Assembly: GCA_003693705.1 (NCBI GenBank)
Contig: RBZT01000348.1
Coordinates: forward strand, 88,886-152,885
DNA length: 64,000 bases
DNA from: Polymyxa betae A26-41
Taxonomy: Eukaryota; Protista; Endomyxa: Phytomyxea
Reading direction: 5' to 3'
Part shown: in pieces, positions 37,101 to 48,131 of the stretch
Layout of the letters: the number at the start of each line of letters is the position of its first letter
Position numbering within the stretch: position 1 is the first letter of the stretch
Position numbers and translations under genes: made by a program
Notes under the pieces: generated by a model
The model's database searches: none
What the model was told of the DNA's origin: nothing
Seen by the model: the letters and a program-made list of their open reading frames with translations, nothing else

Positions 37101-38806
37101 TGGGCAAGCACGTCGCCCGCACCGTTCGCGTAGACGATGTTCGGGTGCGAGTCCGGGTTTGACGCCAACGATGCGAGCGTGTTGGCGGCGTGCATCTGCA
37201 CGTCCGGGTTCAGGTCCATCAGAGCCAGTACCATGATGGCGTTGATCGAAGACGGCTGCAGCAGTTCGGCGTGGGCTTCGATCAGGTTGGCGAGGCCGGA
37301 GATCGTGGCCGCGATCTCGACGAGGACGTCGGCCCGGTCGATCGTATCCACAAGGTTCACCAATTCCTGAACAGAATTTTGAAAGAAGTTCGCATCATGT
37401 AACAGATTTGGCGACTTTATGTGCATTGAGGCGGAGGAGCTCGAGCTTGAGATTGTCGTCCGATGTGAGACCACGTAAGGCTGAAACGGCGTGCGTGATC
37501 GACTCGACGTCCATGAGCGGATTGGCGATCATATTAACCAAGGGTCCGATAATGATCTTGAGCTTCTTCGTCAGTTTCTTATTCGACGACACCTACAGCA
37601 TCGTCGTTCAACATCGACCTGCAGAATCCTGTCCAAAAAACGCCAAACATTCTGGACGGTCAGGACGGCACATTCGTGCAGATCGCGGTCCGATGAATCG
37701 ATCAGGTCCAGTATGGATGGCATGTTCTTCATGAGCAGTTTGTGTGTGTCGAAGTCGGCAGCCAGATTTGCCACAGCCATGATCGCATATCTTCAGGCCA
37801 GGGTCAGTACGACCAGCGTCAGTTCCCAGCCACGCACCGTTGCGTGTCCAGGTCGTTGCCACCGTTGATGGCGATCGGCAGCAGATGGTCCAGTATGCCG
37901 AACGCGACCAGGTCCTTGCGCAGCTCGGAATGGGCGGCGATGTTCCCGAAGCACAGCGCGGCGTATCGCTGGCAGATGTGATCGCCGGAGTTCAACAGGC
38001 CCAGGACGGCATGCAGACCTGCATAATCGCATCAACCGACAGCGTGCTCGCCAAAGTTTGACAAAACTCAATTCAACCATTTGCAACCTAAATGCGAGTT
38101 GCAAAGCAAACAAGATGATCATGACCGAATCAGCAATGACTAAAGAGCAAGTATTGGTCGTACCGTACTGGCGCTTCATCTTGACGATTGCGAATTGGGT
38201 CTCCTCCTCCGTGGAGAAATGGGCGAAACTGAATGCCGCCTGGCGTCGTTCATTGGTGTCGCGATCCTCGCCGGCGAACGTAATCATCTCCTCGATGGGT
38301 TTTGCGGCGGCCGCCGAGACTCGGCCCAGGGCCTCATCGTTATCTAAAACTGGAAATCGGAAACCCAACCCAATGGCGTTGTCTTCCAATATGGACCTTC
38401 GGTGCCGGCGCCGTTCAACCCGATGCCACCGGCTTTCGACGCTCGCACATTCGCCGATTTATTCTCTCCGCCATCGCTGTCTTCCTCATCTGATAGAGCA
38501 GCCGGTTTCGTATCGTATTCGACCTGGACAAGGTTGCGGATTACAAGGACAGCTGCAGACTGGGCGACGACCGAACCTGATCGTCGACGAAGCTGTCGGA
38601 ATCGGCGTCCTTCGATTGCTGGCCTTCTTCAGCAATTACCGCCGATTCTGTCTTGGCTGGAACATCGCCGTCTGACATATTGTGAGATTATGATCGTTGG
38701 TACCCTCACCTGTGTCATCTTGAAACACGTTATTATTGCTGTAAGCGATGAACCCGTTTCGACGATTGAACAGAGACACTGTTGAGACACCATCGCCCGC
38801 GTTCAT
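28117..38806 (-). CDS. Giant armadillo-repeat protein (Vac8-like repeats), many introns
   Basis: Repeated ARM units across ~10 kb, e.g. YALLSLSNLAAN, VQRYFAMLLSNLAAN, VQMHAANTLASLASN, IRYCLALMLANLAGN and VQLACIWALSNL. Acidic N-terminal exons start at ATG 38806. The last exon ends SFSPING*. Confidence 0.8.
30542..30569 (-). repeat. Intronic telomere-type repeat
   Basis: The intron reads gtcGAGGGTTGAGGGTTTAGGGTTTTCGGGG...cag on the transcribed strand. Confidence 0.85.
30859..30877 (-). repeat. Intronic telomere-type repeat forming the 5' splice site
   Basis: G|GTTAGGGTTTTAGGGTTA. Splicing here joins ...VRCHL-G-LIETNFFEI in frame. Confidence 0.85.
31928..31943 (-). repeat. Intronic telomere-type repeat
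   Basis: gtctgaTTAGGGTTTAGGGTTTcg...cag. Confidence 0.85.
33612..33622 (-). repeat. Telomere-type motif forming the 5' splice site
   Basis: CAG|GTTAGGGTTTc. Splicing joins PHTSVQ to RSVAAAFLNLA in frame. Confidence 0.75.
34251..34269 (-). repeat. Degenerate intronic telomere-type repeat
   Basis: GGGCTAGGGTTTAAGGGTT. Confidence 0.7.
34444..34456 (+). repeat. Intronic telomere-type motif in the opposite orientation
   Basis: GGGTTTTTAGGGT on the + strand. In the pre-mRNA it reads ACCCTAAAAACCC, at the branch-point position. Confidence 0.7.
34859..34874 (-). repeat. Intronic telomere-type repeat
   Basis: CTAGGGTTTTAGGGTT upstream of a TAG acceptor. Confidence 0.85.
36416..36432 (-). repeat. 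Intronic telomere-type repeat abutting the 3' splice site
   Basis: TTAGGGTTTAGGGTTTTgtcag|. Splicing joins SFQ to AVQNILGTDSMET in frame. Confidence 0.85.
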
Positions 38807-38981
38807 AAAGGAAGAACCATTTTTGGGAACTCGAAACCGGAACTGAGAAATCACAGTTCAAGTGAAAAAGTAGATGATGCAAAAGATTTCTGAATGCAAG
38901 AAAGCCCTTTGAAGCGGGAGCTCGGTCTCTTAATCTAGCTAAAGATGACAAGAAATCATAGACAATAAAGCAGCCGGGCGT

Positions 38982-39333
38982 TTATTTGTTCAGAATCATG
39001 AGGATTCCCCAGACAACAGACCAGATCCATCTAAACCAAAAAATAAGAAATTACGATGTCGAGCTGACACATAATAATCTACCCAACAATCGGCAGAACC
39101 AGCTGCAAGACTCCAATGAGAAAATCAGCAAACGAGTTGGTGAACAAGGAGGCAATCATGGTGCCAATCCCGAAGAAAAAAATATTGACCAGCCCGAGCA
39201 GGATCGTCAGCAGACGACTGCTAGGCTTCGGAACCTATGGACAACAACATTGAGAACCCAGACACCCCAGCTGCTGCACAGACCGAACCTTGACATTGGT
39301 CGTTTTACTGACGATCTCGCTCACCAACGACAT
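38982..39333 (-). CDS. Small SPEC3/Stum-like membrane protein, 3 exons (absent from the ORF track)
   Basis: Spliced product MSLVSEIVSKTTNVK|VPKPSSRLLTILLGLVNIFFFGIGTMIASLFTNSFADFLIGVLQLVLPIVG|WIWSVVWGILMILNK*. It has the N...G.GT, G.LQL and GWIWS..WG signature. Confidence 0.75.
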
Positions 39334-39494
39334 GTACTTAGAGAGGGATCCTTAATCAAAATGAGAAGTAAAAGTGCCGTTATCACATGTCTAGGAGGAG
39401 CACTGTGTAATGTTATCAGTGCGACTCAGCAGTAGGCTGCTTCTCATTTACAAAGGTAAAAAGGCACTCAGCAATTTACAAATCAGTTTCGGTT

Positions 39495-39579
39495 TAAAGA
39501 ACACTCTGGAAGCTGTATCGTAGGCGCTCTAAAGAACACTCTGGATGCTGTCTTGCAGGCGCTCTAAAGAACATTCTGG
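39495..39579. repeat. 35-bp tandem repeat, ~2.4 copies
   Basis: TAAAGAACACTCTGGAAGCTGTATCGTAGGCGCTC / TAAAGAACACTCTGGATGCTGTCTTGCAGGCGCTC / TAAAGAACATTCTGG. Confidence 0.9.
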
Positions 39580-40079
39580 CAATAATCGCTTGACGAGACC
39601 CAACCACTCAGTAATGGAGAAAGACAATGTGATTGGTAGTTTCGATCGACCACCGATTTGGCTTGTTCGGAGAAGCTGTGGGACTTGAACGAGCAGGCCG
39701 GCTTGTTGAAGGTGTTATGACTCGTGTATGCTTCTTTCAATTCCAGTGTCTCTGTCTTTCATCTCTGCATATTTTAACCATAATGTGATGGACTTGCGAA
39801 GAGCGGACGACTTCATTGGCTTCTTTGAGGTCCGAACAAGACCCTTGCTCTTCTGCAAGATGAATTCCAGCAGTGCAGTTTTCCATTATGAGCAAACACC
39901 GTCTATTTCAAAATCTCTAGACTATGTCCTTGCCAGCATAAGGATAATGCAAACAAAAACTTCGGAAAAATTCAGTTATTCTCACATGAAAATGTGTTGA
40001 ATTCTTCGACAACACGGAATGCGACTTTGAAAAGGCTGCAGAGATTCTAAAACTCGCCGACGTAAATATCAAAGACGAG

Positions 40080-41155
40080 ATGGCCGGCGGTCTGCCTAGC
40101 CCTAACGATTACATGGCCACAACTGGTCTTTTACCGAATGATCAGATGACGTTAGAACCCTGGTTGCATCCAAGCATGGTTTATTCAGAACCTATCGACC
40201 CGTCCCCAGAAGGCGACGGGTCGCTGCGATTCCGGCAGTTGACTTCTAAAGAAAGCGAATCGCTCGAGCTGCTGAAACGATCAGACGATGTTCAAGCATT
40301 AGCTGAACGATCGGTGCTGCCGTCGGATGCTGTTCTTTTGCGATTTTTAATCGGATACGGAATGGATATAGATGAAGCAGCCAAAGGGTTGAGGATCGCT
40401 ATGAACTGGAAAGTCGAGCATAACGTCGATGAGCTTTTATGGAACGGGCCCCTATCTGAAGGCGAATCTTGTTTTCAAGAGTATCATGTCCATCGATGGC
40501 ATGGTGTTGATCATCAAGGTCATCCGGCGTTCTTCGATCGAATCGGCATCGCCAATCGCAGAGCATTTCTGAATAAGTATCATGCTAGTGATGCGGCTCT
40601 CAGGTATGCTCGAGTTGTAGAGATCGGCTTGGCGCTGGCCGAAGAAGTGTCGGCCACGATTCGGAAGCATATCGATTCGTTTGTGTTCGTTTTCGATCTC
40701 AGCGGCGTAGGAATACAAGATATTTCAAGCTTTCAGATTCTGTCCACATTTAAGGCCGCTGTTGATGTTATGCAGAAAGTCTATGGTAGGTTGTCGTTTT
40801 ATTGCAGCAATTCACGTTTTTTATTCTGGTGCGCATGGTATTCGTGAGTATTCCTTTTGCCTTATTTAATTTTATTGTTTTGTTCAGTTGTCAATGACCT
40901 AAATTGAGATCAGCTGGGACTTTGTTGAGATTGCTGATTATTAACGCTCCCATGGGGTTCACAACTGTATGGCATGTATTGAAACGATGTGTTGATCACT
41001 CTGCCCATAGCACAATTGAAGTGCTCGGCAAGAACTGGAGAAAGCGATTATTGGAAGTGATGCCAGAGAGCAGCATACCAAGGTACTTGAAGGGATCTTG
41101 CGACAAATGCTCTATTCCTGATTGCATCCCGATGGGCATCTCGCATTGTCGGTAG
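40080..41155 (+). CDS. CRAL-TRIO/Sec14-like lipid-binding protein
   Basis: DAVLLRFL, WHGVDHQGHP, VFDLSGVG, LLIINAPMGFTTVW and IPRYLKG. Confidence 0.88.
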
Positions 41156-41850
41156 CTTCATGCCAGAATAAAACTATCGACATTATTGCAAACACATTCT
41201 TTGCCGTTTAAAGTTAATATCAAGAGCCGGTTGAAATCGATAAGGCCGGAGAGCGTCAATAATCAACATGCATCGCCTCCAGGCCAGACTGCTGGCCAAA
41301 CATCGATTGGAAAACGTATCGGTGGCAGCAGTTCTATTTTCAGGCATAATCACAGAGCTCTAGACAGGCTGAATTGTGATATCGGAATGCACAGAGTGGC
41401 TACAGTCCAACTACTGCTTTAAAAAAACTGATCACAAGGTCGATTCAGAACAATTGTAAACCGTCGCTGTAAGTCCAGCGTCTTCAGAATAAAGTTAAAG
41501 CCGTTGCTCACGATACTTGACGCTCGTCAGACATCTCCAGTAATATTATCGCCACTGTTTAGAGGCACAAAGTATAACCTAATCCACCTAGAGGCTCGGT
41601 TCCATCTCAGCTGTACGTTAGATAAGAGGAATGTCAATAAGCAACCCGAGCAAACCGTGCAATCACGGGTTTTGCCTGTTCCTTATCGCTTTGTAATGCG
41701 AATGACAAGCAATTCTTTTACAATGATCAATCAGCCTTCGCCCAGATCAGCTCGACACTTGCGCCATAGTGAAACCCCGTCTCATCCATATCACGCGGCG
41801 GTTGATCTCCACGGCGAGTAATCAGCCTCAAAACTGTATAAAGCCTTTTT

Positions 41851-41955
41851 AAATGTGAGGTTGTATCAGTCCCATCAAGAGCCTCTCATATACTGCCTCT
41901 GTAACATTACACCTCCCATACAGAAGTCGGTGTTCCCATAGTACAGTAACATTAC
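41851..41955 (-). ncRNA. Candidate H/ACA-like two-hairpin RNA
   Basis: Two hairpins on the minus strand, the first needing G-U pairs and the second closed by GAGG/CCTC followed by ACATTT. The H box is imperfect. Confidence 0.3.
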
Positions 41956-42011
41956 TTTCTGGACCCTGGGTGGCCGCGTCTTGCATATCGTTCGTGTCAT
42001 TGTCAAACTTG

Positions 42012-43453
42012 ATGGGTTCAGATGCTGGTGATGGCGTCATTCCATATCAGCTAGAATCTGAGTCCCGGGATGAACAAGAGTCTAAACCCTCACGAGATGG
42101 ATCGGAATGCAAGCCGCCTGTCGTCGACCTGACCATCCCATCTGTATTGGAAAGGGATGAGTTTTTCCAGCAGGTTCAAAACGCCTGATTGACTCGAAAT
42201 GTTATTCCAATAAACATTATGATTTATAGGACCCTCACGTCTTCATCGTTTCTTGGTCTGGTCGACCGATATTCTCCCGATTTGAACTTCGTGATCAGCA
42301 AGCGTCTCTAGTCGCTGTTATTGCCGCCTTAATCGAGAATGTGCACTCGTTAAGCGATCGTCTTGTTAGTTTCACTTCCACCCTTCGCAATGGCGAATCT
42401 CCTGCTACGATTTATGTATCTGTACAAGGTCCTTTGTATCTAGCCGCTGTTAGTCAGAAACTGAACTCTTCTTCTCTCAAGTCCATGTTGGATTTCATCT
42501 ATAACCAAGTTCTATTGTTATTATCGCAATCAGCGATCAATATGCTACAAACCCATCCTGGTTATGATCTCAGGAATCTGATGGGTGGTGTCGACAAGCT
42601 TCTATGTAGCCAGCTACGTCGTAGCATAGCACAAATAGCATTCGAAGCGAATACGGTCCCGTCGCTGCCGCTGCCGGCTAAAATCCGATCCAAGTTGGGC
42701 CAGAGCATGATTAGGCATTGTCGGCCTTCGTCTCGTGTGTTATTTATTTTGTTATTACGAGGCTCTGCGCTTGTACAGCTCGTTCATGTACAGGGCCGCC
42801 CATTACCTCTATCTGATTGCTTACTGCTGATTACGTTTGCAAATCATATGTCTGCTTTGGAAATGTCAGATGTTATCACTCCAGTCTGCCTTCCAGAATT
42901 CAATAGCAAAGCGTTTGTCTATGCCCATCTCTCGACTGTCGCTGGACGGCTTTATCTTATTCAGATTACGGCCGATAATAATGACTTTAGTATGCTGCAA
43001 TCTTATAAGGGCGAGTTTCTTGAGGATATTTCCCATTCCGGGTTGCTGTCAGTGATTCGTCAGGCTCCTATGCGCTTGCCTTTAGATGCTCTGGGTATCA
43101 CTGATAAGAACGTCAGGCATATTATTGCAATCAGTCGGAAATGTGGTCAGCTCATAACCAGCTTAGTGAGGTCACCTTACCAAGACTGTGTAGAGGACAG
43201 GAGGATGTGCACTGATCGTCATCGCCATGTCCTAACTCAGCTAAAGTCTCTACCAAACGCATCGAAAGTATACCTGGAATCGACAACTAAAGATACATTG
43301 GTGGCGGTTCGAACAGGAAGCCTTGACGTCCTTGCTATCATGTCGCCTCTCGTATCCAAAATCGAAGCCATTCAATGTATCAAAAAAGCGTCAAGTTCTA
43401 TTCAGGATCAGGAATCGTTTCTGTTCGCAATGAAATTCGGGATTTGGTCATAA
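42012..43453 (+). CDS. MON1: Vacuolar fusion protein Mon1/SAND
   Basis: HVFIVSWSGRPIFSRF, GPLYLAAVS, PGYDLRNLMGG and PVCLPEFNSKAFVYAH. Confidence 0.9.
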
Positions 43454-43500
43454 TATATTATAGTATTTGTCTTAAAATACAGTTTACATTGTCTGTATTT

Positions 43501-43522
43501 TGGGTTTAAGGTTTTAGGGTTT
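43501..43522 (+). promoter_or_regulatory. Telo-box-like motif upstream of lipoyl synthase
   Basis: TGGGTTTAAGGTTTTAGGGTTT lies ~60 bp before the ATG. A regulatory role is inferred only. Confidence 0.4.
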
Positions 43523-43579
43523 ACTGCACATTTTGAGCCCAACGAAAAGTTGCGTTGTTGAAGGTCGCTTACCAGGAAG

Positions 43580-44733
43580 ATGATGGCGTTCACCAAAACC
43601 TGTCGGCGTCGATTCACCGTTCTGCCAAATGGACCGACGTTGGAATCATTCCTTCCTCCGGCTCGGCAACGGATACGTGATCCGAAGCCGTCATGGTTAA
43701 AGGCCGATCCTGTCGACGGTCCCAATTATCAGCGGCTTCGTGAAACGGTGAAGACGTTGGGTCTAGCGACTGTTTGTCAGGAAGCGAGATGCCCCAATAT
43801 CGGAGAATGCTGGGGTGGTGCCAAAGGCACTGCAACCGCCACTATCATGCTAATGGGCGACACGTGCACGCGCGGTTGTCGATTTTGCTCGATCAAGACC
43901 AGCAAAGCACCGCCGCCGCTTGATGAACACGAACCGGAGAAGGTTGCTAAAGCTATTCATAGCTGGGGTCTTGACTATGTAGTTCTAACCTCTGTTGACC
44001 GCGATGATTTGCCTGATCAAGTAGCGATAAACTCTCTCCTCCTTTGTAACCGTTTCTGACATTTATCTAGGGTGCCAATCACATAGCCAAAACAATTCGG
44101 CTGTTGAAAGATGTCAACGATGGCCAAAAGCTTTATGTGGAGTGCCTGACACCAGATTTTTCTGGTCATAAGGATTTAGTCGAGACAGTTGCTCACTCTG
44201 GTTTGGATGTATTTGCACACAATGTCGAAACTGTCGAAGCCTGCACACCATTCGTCAGAGATCGTCGTGCGAACTATCGCCAAAGTCTCAATGTACTTGA
44301 GATCGCAAAAACCGTATGTTTTTCATCACTTCTTGTCTGGAAACATCCTGAACTCGAGCTTAAGGCTAGACCCGACTTAATAACCAAATCATCAATTATG
44401 CTGGGAGTTGGTGAGACGGAAGATGAATTACGGCAAACAATGAAAGATCTTCTGAACGTTGGCGTTTCGGTGTTAACACTGGGCCAGTATCTGCGCCCTA
44501 CACGCCGCCATATGAAGGTTGCTTCTTACGTACCTCCTGAAAAATTCGAACAATATCGGAAAGAAGGTATGCTCGCTTTGGATTTGTATGCGTTCCTCTC
44601 ATTAACTCATTCAAAGGTGAAGAGCTTGGATTTGCCTATGTTGCAAGTGGGCCTTTAGTGAGATCGTCGTATCGCGCTGGTGAATTCTTCATCACAAAGA
44701 TCTTGCAGCAAAGAGACGCTAAAGGCCCAGTAA
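43580..44733 (+). CDS. LIAS: Lipoyl synthase, mitochondrial (radical SAM)
   Basis: [47 protein letters not shown] and [13 protein letters not shown]. Confidence 0.97.
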
Positions 44734-44890
44734 CCCGATAACAGCTTCTGTTGAAACTGGAATAATAACTTGCCTGAGCTCTTCCAGTTCGGCCTTACAC
44801 ATGCCTCTATCTTATTATTCAATGTTTATAAGCAAAGCTAAATAAATATTAAATTAATGCAGTATCGAGCACGATATTATCCAGATTTCG

Positions 44891-46345
44891 CTATGATTCA
44901 ATTGCACTCATGTCTTGCCAAAGAATGATAGACATATCATTTTCAAAGCCAGCTGAGGCAATGATATCTTGAAATGGATGGCAAGATACCGATCCGACCA
45001 CATCTTTATGTCCTAAATAAAAACTATTACAAAGAGCTGAGAAACGGAAAGGGATGTGACAAGTACCTTCTAACTTCTGCAGTAGTTCTTTCGAGTTCAA
45101 GTCCCATAAATAAACGTAACAATCCTCAGAGCCGCTGACCACATATCTGTGCATTTCGATCAGGAATTCCACCGCATAAAGAAGCACAAACATACTTGCC
45201 CCTCGTTGTGGAGAAACTGCTTTGAATGCTGAACTTGGTGTTCTCATGTCCGCGATACACTTTTGAGCACCTAAATGAATGTTAGCCATTGATTTTCTCA
45301 AGAACCAGAGGACATACTGTCCAGAGCGAGTTGACCAAAGCCGAATGGTGCTATCTAACGTAGCTGTCAGGATATAATCAGAATTGGGAGAAAACTGGAC
45401 GAATGACCTGAGCAAACACTTAGAAACAATTTGAGGTACAATAAGGCTTCGGTCCTACACTGGAGGATTGCTATCTTCTAATAACGTGATAAGACATTCG
45501 CCATTATCAGTGTTCCAAACCCGTCTGTCAGAAGAATGCATTAAGGCACACAGATCCATCAGATAAAAAAATCATACACTAATCCATCATAGCTGCCAGA
45601 AACGATCAGTGTTCCGTCTGCTGCGAAGTCAACGCAAGATACTGGATCTGGATGTGCAGTTTCAAATTAGTGAAACAAACATAAGCAGAATGTTGACCAA
45701 CCGGAATGAGCTGCAAACGATCTTATACATGTTCCATGACGAACGTCCCAAAGTCTGATCGTTTCGTCGAACGATCCGCTAGCGATCATATTTCCCTGAG
45801 GATTAAATGATACAGAGAAAACATAAAGCGTGTGTCCTTTCATCATCGAGCGTAACGATCCAGATACGACTTCCCATAGACCGACTAAATCGGAGTTACA
45901 ATATTTTTTGAGATAGGTAAACGCAATACCGTTCGTGTCATCGGATGCAGTAGAAACCATTTTAGAATCGGCTGACCATGCGATATCCGAAATGCCAAGA
46001 CTGTGGCCTTTAAGAACATGCAGGATAGCACCAGAACTGAGATCCCAGATCACAGCTGTTCCATCTGAAGCTACGAAGACGTTAAGGGTGCTGCAAAAGT
46101 CGTTAGAGCAATTTTCGCTTACAAGATGATGCCAGTTTGGTTCCATCTGGGGAGAATTGCACACTACGCTCAATCGGTAAGCTTTCATTTCGAGAGAATT
46201 TCGTCATCAAACCTGGCGACGGCCCTGGTGTGCCCTTTGAGCGTCTGTACTCGTTCATATCTCGGTCTGTTGGACATGTGCCGACCAGATGTTTGACAGA
46301 CGAAATGGGAATAGCCTCAGCGGCAGCAGCCTCGGAGAGTGTCAT
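44891..46345 (-). CDS. WDR5: WD40 protein, WDR5/Swd3-like
   Basis: QFSPDGTKLAS, GHSLGISDIAWS, GHTLYVFSVSFNPQGNMIASGSFDETIRLWDV, FSPNSDYILTATLDSTIRLW and VVSGSED..VYLWDL...ELLQKLEGH. Confidence 0.85.
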
Positions 46346-46906
46346 GGCGGGGCCTCCTCTACAGCACGAGAAGCGGGCCCCATCACCCCATCATCAAAGT
46401 TGATTGCGGATGACATGGCCTCGCCTCCCAGCCTAGAAGTGCCAGTTACAAACTCGTCATTGTCTGAGTGAAGATTTCGGTAGCAGGGTTCTCGGTGATC
46501 AGTCACAGCCTCGCTGCAAGGGCTTGATGAATCGGCTTACCTAGCAAATGACCTAGAGAAGGTATATTGTTGCAGCTTGCTCCCTTCCCACCACGTCTGT
46601 TATAGGGATTATTTCTCTTTGTTCTTAATAATGAAATGTGTTAGACTTTTTGACCTGGATAGGATGGTCATTATACATTATTGATAAGCCGTCTCTCGTG
46701 ATTAATACATTTGACGCTAATCAGATAATTCTGCATTAGAAATGTCTCAGCGAGACTCGACGTTTGATTGGTAGACTGGATACATTTATATTAAACGATG
46801 ATAAAGGGTATTGATTTGAAAAGATATAGTTGATATAAGGCGACGAGTGCAGCTAAATCCCGACCCATCGATTTTTCCACGAAGAAATTCTGTTGGAGGG
46901 ATGATA

Positions 46907-47278
46907 TTACACCAAACCAACAGGGTTCACCTGCTGTTGATGTTGCTGTGCCAGTAGCAATCGTTTCTTCTCAGCTTTCTGGCGCTTCTGCTTGTTAGTC
47001 TCGGCAATACAGAGCAGGATCGTGGCCGCCTTCCACAGCTTTTGATCTTCGACGCCGACGGCACCGCATAGCTCGAGTTCCCCAGCTCTCTTCATCAGCA
47101 TCCCTCTGTTGTTATCCAGCTCGACAGCGTAGAATCCATGACCGCTCCTCCTGATCACGCCAACCTCGCCCCGATTCTTCTGGCTGATGACCTCGACTCG
47201 CTGTCCAATCCAACTCGCCGTCCCGAAACATCTCTTGGGGTCGACGTCTTCCCAGGAGTCCTGCGGCTTCTCCATCAT
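46907..47278 (-). CDS. Small KOW/SH3-like domain protein
   Basis: 123-aa intronless ORF with WIGQRVEVISQKNRGEVGVIRRSGHGFYAVEL (KOW-like), followed by basic and Gln-rich tails. Confidence 0.65.
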   Translation of the reverse strand: MMEKPQDSWEDVDPKRCFGTASWIGQRVEVISQKNRGEVGVIRRSGHGFYAVELDNNRGMLMKRAGELELCGAVGVEDQKLWKAATILLCIAETNKQKRQKAEKKRLLLAQQHQQQVNPVGLV

Positions 47279-48131
47279 CCGGCGCTTGAAGCGACGCTTC
47301 GATGTCTCTCTGCAATTGTCTCAATTGCGCACTCAAGACGGTTGGCGGTCTGAGCTTCTACGGATAGAATCACGAGAAAGCACTGCTAACAGACGTCCAG
47401 TGATTTGAATAACGCACGTCGCACAGGCCAATTCAGTCCAGTCCAGCTTGCGGAGCGCGCCCCGTAACTCATACAGCACATATACCTGGCAGTGGCTGGT
47501 TTACTGGTCCACGCATATTTCGCATTGCCTTGCCAACGTACGGGATACTTCTCGGCTACTGGCGTAGTGTCCGACAGTCACGAGTCGACTGGTGACACTA
47601 TCGTGAGGGGCTCCAACTTTCTCCCCGCGTTATGTTCAGTTGTGGGGTGCGGGTTGTCATCTGTCGGCGCTATAGGAATGCAGTCGTGTGAAAGCTCACC
47701 AACTCGCCACTCTGTTCCCAGAATTGGCGTCTAGTAGTCGGAATGAATGCGTGATGCATTTCAAGGCCTTGCATTAACACACACATTAACAGCTAACGCA
47801 AAAGTCAAATTTATGAAACGAAACTTCATAAGCATAATTTTATTGAAGACCCTCGGCTAAGACCTATCAACTTACAAATCACAAGATATACAGAAGGCTC
47901 ACTTGTAGAACAGGCAATTCGGACGCGAAATTTGACGCTGAAAATCGCTACCAGCCAATTTCAAAAGCAGAATAAACAGAATACCATAACAAAACAGAGC
48001 GATCCCGATAGATGATGACTTCGACGCTATTGCAGAATAAAACTAGGCAGCTGCATTTATAATCAGATGCGACCAACAGAACAGCAATTGCAAAGAGCGC
48101 CTCTTAGCACAGTCCACGTCGTCAAAACTGT

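Noticed and set aside
39495-39579. CRISPR-like array
   Set aside because: It is a simple head-to-tail tandem repeat without unique spacers, in a eukaryotic context.
39590-39945. Minus-strand pseudogene with sparse TAA/TAG stops
   Set aside because: It has no recognisable motif, and the stop density is not clearly below chance.
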